Of a stretch of 12,632 nt of DNA, positions 8,838 to 12,632 are shown piece after piece. The stretch's first letter is position 1. Every line of letters starts with the position of its first letter. The notes beneath the pieces are model-generated. The model was not told the origin of the DNA. It ran no database searches and was given only the letters and a program-made list of their open reading frames with translations. The stretch lies in the IMG/VR virus record IMGVR_UViG_2778261687_000011, positions 1 to 12,632 of that record; one strand, 5' to 3'. A program made the position numbers and the translations under genes. Source of the DNA: a virus (taxonomy: Duplodnaviria; Heunggongvirae; Uroviricota; Caudoviricetes).

Positions 8838-9272
8838 TTAATCAATTTCCCAGGGCTTTTTCTCCCGAGCCAGATTGCTGTTGGCCCGGCCAACAGTTTT
8901 GGGATCGGCAGTAGCCTGGCGGGTAATCCGCAGGCGGGTCGCAAGAGAAGATGCCGATCGCACCTCGCGCTCGCGCATCGTGAGCAGCCTGTCGTAGCGC
9001 TTCAGCCCGTCTTCGCGGGACAACCACTCGAGCTCAAACTCTTCAATCTGGGTGGTGAGCAGCCGGGCCTGCACCACATGCCGACAGTACATCTCCAGCA
9101 TGTCCCGGTGTGTTTCGGTGAATGAGCTGGCCGGGTTGTCATTAACCAGCCGGACCCAGACGTTAATCTCCGGATCGCTCAGGTGAATGGACGGCTGCAA
9201 CCTGCTTTCAGCCAGTGCCGGCAGCGAGACAGCAGACGTCGCAGCCAGAGACTTTCTGCCTCGCTGTGCCAT
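8838..9272 (-). CDS. Terminase small subunit (probably P27/HK97-like family)
   Basis: ATG at 9270-9272 (aa 45 of the longer TTG-initiated ORF 8838..9404) preceded by AAGGA. Basic N-terminus MAQRGRKS; position directly upstream of TerL and downstream of HNH. The family name is an inference. Confidence 0.72.
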   Translation of the reverse strand: MAQRGRKSLAATSAVSLPALAESRLQPSIHLSDPEINVWVRLVNDNPASSFTETHRDMLEMYCRHVVQARLLTTQIEEFELEWLSREDGLKRYDRLLTMREREVRSASSLATRLRITRQATADPKTVGRANSNLAREKKPWEID

Positions 9273-9404
9273 CGCGTTTTTCCTTTTTTTCTGGACGTTT
9301 TTAAAAATAAAACTGGGAGCGCGGTCTTTAAGAATTTGGTACCAGAGTTTTACCCCTCCCCCTCCCTTACCAACATAAATATGAGAATTGATATCATTTC
9401 TCAA

Positions 9405-9614
9405 TTACGTGTAAGCTTGAGTGAGGTATGCCAGAGGGCACCAGACGATCACCAACGCCGATTGGCAATGTGAGGGTAATGGTAGGGTAATGGTAGGCAG
9501 CATCTCACCGACCTCATGATTGAAGGAGACTGCAGTGGCATGTTTAAAGCTCACGCTATCAATGCTCAACTCAATCAACTTCCCATCACGGTATTCAATC
9601 TTCATGTCTTGCAT
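9405..9614 (-). CDS. Hypothetical small protein between HNH and terS genes (may instead be non-coding cos region)
   Basis: ATG preceded by AGGAG that overlaps the HNH stop (translational-coupling geometry); the N-terminal ~40 aa look natural, but the C-terminal part reads through an 11-bp tandem repeat. Confidence 0.35.
   Translation of the reverse strand: MQDMKIEYRDGKLIELSIDSVSFKHATAVSFNHEVGEMLPTITLPLPSHCQSALVIVWCPLAYLTQAYT
9473..9497. repeat. Tandem direct repeat, about 2.3 copies of the 11-mer agggtaatggt, in the HNH-terS interval
   Basis: Read directly: agggtaatggt agggtaatggt agg. Coordinates may be off by 1. Confidence 0.55.
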
Positions 9615-9626
9615 CAACTACTCCTG

Positions 9627-9917
9627 TTACCAGATAACACGGCCTTCATTATCGAACTCGGTGACCGTTCCGCCCTTCTCCATCCTCTGCTTTACCGAGT
9701 CGTGGCAACGTTTGCAAAGTGACTGAAGATTATCCGGATCATGAAAGAGCCTATCGTCTCCTTTGTGCGGGATGACATGGTCAACGATCGTTGCCGCTAT
9801 CACCTGATTGCGCCGGAGGTGGAACTCACAAAGAGGTTGCTTCTGAAGCTGGTGATAGCGGAGTCGGTACCAACGCTTGGAATTGTAGAGGCTATGCCAA
9901 GGTGAATTGGATGCCAT
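9627..9917 (-). CDS. HNH endonuclease (terminase-associated)
   Basis: 96 aa with Cys/His pairs (CEFH...DHVIPH...CKRCH) typical of phage HNH proteins; lies upstream of terS as in HK97-like cos phages; GAGGGAG SD. Confidence 0.88.
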   Translation of the reverse strand: MASNSPWHSLYNSKRWYRLRYHQLQKQPLCEFHLRRNQVIAATIVDHVIPHKGDDRLFHDPDNLQSLCKRCHDSVKQRMEKGGTVTEFDNEGRVIW

Positions 9918-9994
9918 GGTTAATCTCCCTCTGCATTGCTAAATCGCCAATTCCGGCTAACGGCGTGCCCAGGCTCACAGCTGAAAGACTTTCT

Positions 9995-10024
9995 TTGAAG
10001 TGCGCGTGAGATGCGCTTTATACT
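9995..10024 (+). promoter_or_regulatory. Candidate sigma70 promoter (TTGAAG, 18-nt spacer, TATACT) for the moron gene
   Basis: Hexamers read from the sequence about 95 nt upstream of ATG 10120 in the divergent intergenic region. Not validated. Confidence 0.3.
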
Positions 10025-10119
10025 CCAGCAATAGCCGCCAGCAATGCCAGTAAGTATCAAATTACAAAATTATCTTTGTTCATTTTGTTGAGTGACACCT
10101 CAAAAAGGAGGCATGGGAA

Positions 10120-10653
10120 ATGAGTCTGGAAAAATTGCTAATCAAAGATAGAAAATGTGGTTCATGTTCTGTTTGTTGTAAATCCCTGAGAATCGAAGAG
10201 CCAGAGCTTAAAAAATTTGCTGGAGTGCCATGTCAGCATCTTAAAGCACAGGGCGGATGTTCGATTTATAATGATCGCCCATCTCTATGTCGTACGTGGT
10301 ACTGCGGATGGAGAGTTTTAGGTATCGGTCCGGAAATGAGGCCTGATCGTTGTGGTGTTCTTATTCGCTTCGATGGCAAAGCTCTGTGCTTTCAGCCAGT
10401 AAATGATGGTCAAGTTACTACATTGCTTGATCCAGAGCCTTTACGTGTTTTAAGCAGTTCAATTGCAAATGGGATGACCGTTCAGATTTCGATTCCGACA
10501 AAAGAAGGCTTTTGCTCTTCAAATGTCGACGTTACAGCAGCTATGACCGAGGTAGTTAAAACCAGAGAGTTTGATAAGATTCGTGCAACTATGATTGGAT
10601 TAATTCAATTCGCTGCGAATTCGAAGACAGACCCGATTGCTCCTTTAAATTAG
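10120..10653 (+). CDS. YkgJ/UPF0153-family cysteine-cluster protein (CxxCxxCC putative zinc/iron-chelating domain); moron
   Basis: 177 aa with N-terminal CGSCSVCC then C..H...GGCSIYNDRP..C....C, matching the CxxCxxCC domain family that includes flagellin lysine-N-methylase FliB. Strong SD AAGGAGG 9 nt upstream. Lower GC than the flanking phage genes and opposite orientation to the late operon. Confidence 0.75.
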   Translation: MSLEKLLIKDRKCGSCSVCCKSLRIEEPELKKFAGVPCQHLKAQGGCSIYNDRPSLCRTWYCGWRVLGIGPEMRPDRCGVLIRFDGKALCFQPVNDGQVTTLLDPEPLRVLSSSIANGMTVQISIPTKEGFCSSNVDVTAAMTEVVKTREFDKIRATMIGLIQFAANSKTDPIAPLN

Positions 10654-10661
10654 CATCCGAT

Positions 10662-10679
10662 GCCGGGGTTGCACCCGGC
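10662..10679 (+). terminator. Weak terminator-like hairpin (gccggg-gttgca-cccggc) after the moron gene
   Basis: 6-bp GC stem 9 nt after the stop codon; the following tract TTAACAAAC is only weakly U-rich. Confidence 0.25.
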
Positions 10680-11047
10680 TTAACAAACGAGAAACATACG
10701 AATCGGTTGCAAATCTCAAGCAGCTCTTGTCTTTTAACATTAGACGATCGTTTCATTAGCATTTCATCTGATGTACTGAATAAGTTTTTCATAAAACATT
10801 CCCATTCTAATTATCTAGGCTGCATTTAAATGCCTCACCACTTCCCGGAGTGGCCACGCTCATGCCCTTGAGTTGCTGTCGCTTCATCGCCGCTTATAAC
10901 CGGTGCGCGTCTGGCGTTCGCGCTGCTCTACCGGAGCTTATTTTGATATAAGAACCTTGACCCGTCGCTATACAGGCTCGCTCAATGGCGACTCAGGGCA
11001 GCATCATTACTGCTGCATTGCCTTTCGGCTGCGGTCTAACCGCTTTG

Positions 11048-11278
11048 CTACTTGATTTCGAGTTTCTCCTTCTGACAATTTGCCTGCCACGCTTTGTTAT
11101 GCGTCAGGATGTCGCGCTTGGTCTGCTTATCCAACACATCCCAGTCATTATCTGTTGCATAGATAGGATGAACCCAGTCGCACGCCGTATCGACTACCTC
11201 AACCCTTACGGGTCCAGTTTGTGCGCAGCTCGCGATCAACGTCGTCGCCAGGCATATGATTAACTTTCTGCTGTACAT
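11048..11278 (-). CDS. Outer-membrane spanin (Rz1-like lipoprotein, o-spanin), overlapped architecture
   Basis: Internal ATG at 11276-11278 of ORF 11048..11449 gives MYSRKLIICLATTLIASC..., a signal peptide with lipobox LIASC, followed by a short periplasmic domain with extra Cys. Starts inside the i-spanin gene in another frame and extends beyond it. Confidence 0.6.
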   Translation of the reverse strand: MYSRKLIICLATTLIASCAQTGPVRVEVVDTACDWVHPIYATDNDWDVLDKQTKRDILTHNKAWQANCQKEKLEIK

Positions 11279-11471
11279 TACTGGCCTCTCTGGTGACTTC
11301 TGCCTGACGTTCTGCCACTGCAACCTTCGCCGCTGCGTTTTCTTCAGTGCGTTGTTGATCGGCTTTCGCTTCTGCTTTGCTGGTTCCGCGAATATGGCCA
11401 AGACCAAACCCACCAGCAGCGGCAACACAGATAGCACCAATGACACCAATGATGATTTCTACAATGCTCAT
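11199..11471 (-). CDS. Inner-membrane spanin (Rz-like, i-spanin)
   Basis: 90 aa with one N-terminal transmembrane helix (IVEIIIGVIGAICVAAAGG) then a charged Ala/Glu/Gln-rich coiled-coil-like region; start overlaps the endolysin stop (ATGA); contains the o-spanin start. Confidence 0.6.
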   Translation of the reverse strand: MSIVEIIIGVIGAICVAAAGGFGLGHIRGTSKAEAKADQQRTEENAAAKVAVAERQAEVTREASNVQQKVNHMPGDDVDRELRTNWTRKG

Positions 11472-11998
11472 GCAATCACCGCTTTCGCTTTGCCGTAACG
11501 CACGCGTCTGTCGTTAATGCCGTTCTGACCGCCATTGATAATCTGAGTGATGCGCACCAGGTCATCGGTGTACTTCAGGCAACCTTTGGAGGCGTAGAAC
11601 CATGCAGCAGAACGCGCAGCATTGATGTCTTTCTCCAGCAGTTCAGGGTTAGTAACCAGGTCAAGCTTCAGACCATTGCCGCAATCACGGTAATTGGTGA
11701 GACCGGTAATCTGAATTAATCCGCGCCCACGGTATTTCCAGCCATCACCAGCAGCTTTATTACCCAGGCGGTTGCTGTATACCAGGTTCGCGATAGCTTC
11801 CTGACTTGCTGGCTTACCGTTGGCACGTCCAAGCATTAAGGCCTGGTAGTTCGTTACCCGGCGTCCAAACGTCGTCAGTAATGCGGCAGGCGTGTAGTTG
11901 AAGTTCTCCACCAGCGCAGAGAATCCCGCCGATTCATGTCCTACCTGAGCAATGAACATCGCCTTATCTTTTGGTTCAGTGATGCCGAACTCTTTCAT
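11468..11998 (-). CDS. Endolysin, glycoside hydrolase family 19 (chitinase-like), missing about 25-30 N-terminal residues
   Basis: FIAQVGHESAGF...GDGWKYRGRGLIQITGLTNYR...ITQIINGGQNGINDRR are GH19 endolysin motifs. The frame stays open and homologous-looking upstream of M1 for about 15 codons, then hits a stop at about 12044 with no start codon. No holin gene upstream. Confidence 0.85.
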   Translation of the reverse strand: MKEFGITEPKDKAMFIAQVGHESAGFSALVENFNYTPAALLTTFGRRVTNYQALMLGRANGKPASQEAIANLVYSNRLGNKAAGDGWKYRGRGLIQITGLTNYRDCGNGLKLDLVTNPELLEKDINAARSAAWFYASKGCLKYTDDLVRITQIINGGQNGINDRRVRYGKAKAVIA

Positions 11999-12032
11999 TG
12001 CATCCGTACAGGCTAACCATGAGCATAGTTCG

Positions 12033-12632
12033 ATGTCACGCGTTTACAGGTGGGGATATCAACGTGGATTTGTGCCAGGCAACCCATGCGTAGGCGTCGA
12101 TAAATACCCTAAACCTCAGCGCGACCGATACATTACGGATGAAGAGTATTTAGCAATTTATGACTGTGCTACTGATCCGGTAAAAGCCGCAATGGAAATT
12201 GCTTATCTCTGTGCAGCGAGGGTTTCCGATGTTCTGAAAATGGACTGGAATCAGATAATGGATAAAGGAATTTTCATTCAACAGGGTAAAACTGGAGTTA
12301 AGCAGATTAAAGCGTGGACAGACCGCTTGCACTCCGCTGTCAATCTTTGCAGGAAATCAGGGGAAGATGGCGCTGTCATCAAAACCATGTACGGAGAGCG
12401 ATATTCCTATAAAGGTTTCAATGAAGCCTGGAGAAAGGCTAGGAATGCGGCTGCTGAAAAAATTGGCAGACCGTTAGACTGCACGTTCCATGATCTGAAG
12501 GCGAAAGGCATTTCTGACTATGAAGGAAGTGGCCGTGATAAGCAAAAATTCAGTGGTCACAAAACTGAATCACAGGTGTTGGTATACGACAGGAAAGTAA
12601 AAATTAGCCCAACTTTAAACAGAAAAATGTGA
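12033..12632 (+). pseudogene. Lambda-family tyrosine integrase, C-terminal catalytic domain only (5'-truncated)
   Basis: Catalytic-domain motifs ARVSD (Arg-I), QQGKTG (Lys), TFHDLK (His), GHKTESQ...LVYDR (His, Tyr) with spacing parallel to lambda Int; the N-terminal arm-binding and core-binding domains are absent. The preceding part of ORF 11952..12632 is the reverse strand of the endolysin 5' end. Stop codon at the window end. Confidence 0.75.

Larger units (their letters stand above)
1..12632. mobile_element. Degenerate lambdoid/HK97-like prophage remnant carrying a gtr O-antigen modification operon; two internal deletion junctions at about 2690 and about 12040
   Basis: Seen in sequence: phage packaging, head and lysis genes plus an integrase fragment and gtr genes in the typical late-operon order, with truncated genes at two abrupt composition breaks. 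Inference: a single decayed prophage rather than separate elements. No att sites identified. Confidence 0.7.

Noticed and set aside
8838-9404. Long form of the TerS ORF starting at TTG 9404
   Set aside because: The extra 44 N-terminal residues are read through the T-rich and polypyrimidine intergenic tract and look non-protein-like; the ATG at 9272 has a good SD.
8607-9473. ORFs 8607..8831, 8675..8914, 8842..9027, 9183..9473 and 9187..9378
   Set aside because: Overlap terL/terS on the opposite strand or in alternative frames; the TerS assignment explains the region.
2671-9917. Interpretation of the head module as a capsid-forming PICI-type satellite
   Set aside because: The module ends in a truncated gp10-like gene at an abrupt junction, and it is flanked by phage lysis genes and an integrase fragment. 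That is more simply explained as a deleted prophage; no satellite-type regulatory or replication genes are present in the window. It remains an untested alternative.
9516-10009. Plus-strand ORFs 9516..9722, 9520..9726 and 9791..10009
   Set aside because: Antisense to or overlapping the HNH gene and small ORF; no independent support.
10589-10792. Minus-strand 67-aa ORF overlapping the 3' end of the moron gene
   Set aside because: Overlaps the moron gene by about 65 nt and reads through its terminator hairpin; AT-rich region prone to chance ORFs. Cannot be excluded as a small protein.
10985-11449. Plus-strand ORF 10985..11263 and the N-terminal 57 codons of ORF 11048..11449
   Set aside because: Antisense to or out of frame with the i-spanin; the upstream part of 11048..11449 is an alternate-frame read of the i-spanin gene, and only the part from the internal ATG at 11278 is taken as the o-spanin.
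11952-12032. First 27 codons of ORF 11952..12632 (MNIALSFGSV...)
   Set aside because: This stretch is the reverse strand of the endolysin 5' region; integrase-like sequence begins only at about 12033.
12150-12332. Minus-strand ORF 12150..12332
   Set aside because: Antisense to the integrase catalytic domain; no supporting features.
1-12632. CRISPR arrays, tRNA or rRNA genes, insertion sequences, toxin-antitoxin pairs or other defence systems
   Set aside because: No regularly spaced repeats, no tRNA-like cloverleaf candidates, no transposase-like ORFs and no unexplained multi-gene blocks were seen; all sizeable ORFs are accounted for by phage or O-antigen modification functions.

Overview
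This 12.6 kb window is a decayed, mosaic prophage region, most likely from an Enterobacteriaceae chromosome. All calls rest on reading the six-frame translations and the raw sequence by eye; no searches were run. Three blocks are visible. (1) 1-2690, AT-rich, plus strand: the 3' part of gtrB, a polytopic GtrC-like type-specific O-antigen glucosyltransferase, a strong hairpin, and an acyltransferase-3 (Oac/OafA-like) gene that breaks off at about 2690. (2) 2690-9917, GC-rich, minus strand: an apparently intact HK97-like packaging and head module (HNH, TerS, TerL, portal, prohead protease, major capsid protein, gp6-like connector, head-closure protein), ending in a C-terminally truncated HK97-gp10-like gene at the 2690 junction; no tail genes are present. 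(3) 9918-12632: a low-GC CxxCxxCC (YkgJ/FliB-family) moron on the plus strand, then a minus-strand lysis remnant (GH19 endolysin lacking its N-terminus, overlapped i-/o-spanin pair, no holin) that abuts, at about 12040, the C-terminal catalytic half of a lambda-type tyrosine integrase. I read the region as a gtr serotype-converting prophage that lost its tail module and its entire early region through two internal deletions. I found no CRISPR array, tRNA or rRNA, and no evidence for a discrete novel defence system; the most interesting items are the two junctions, the retained tail-less head module, the uncharacterised GtrC-like protein and the cysteine-cluster moron.
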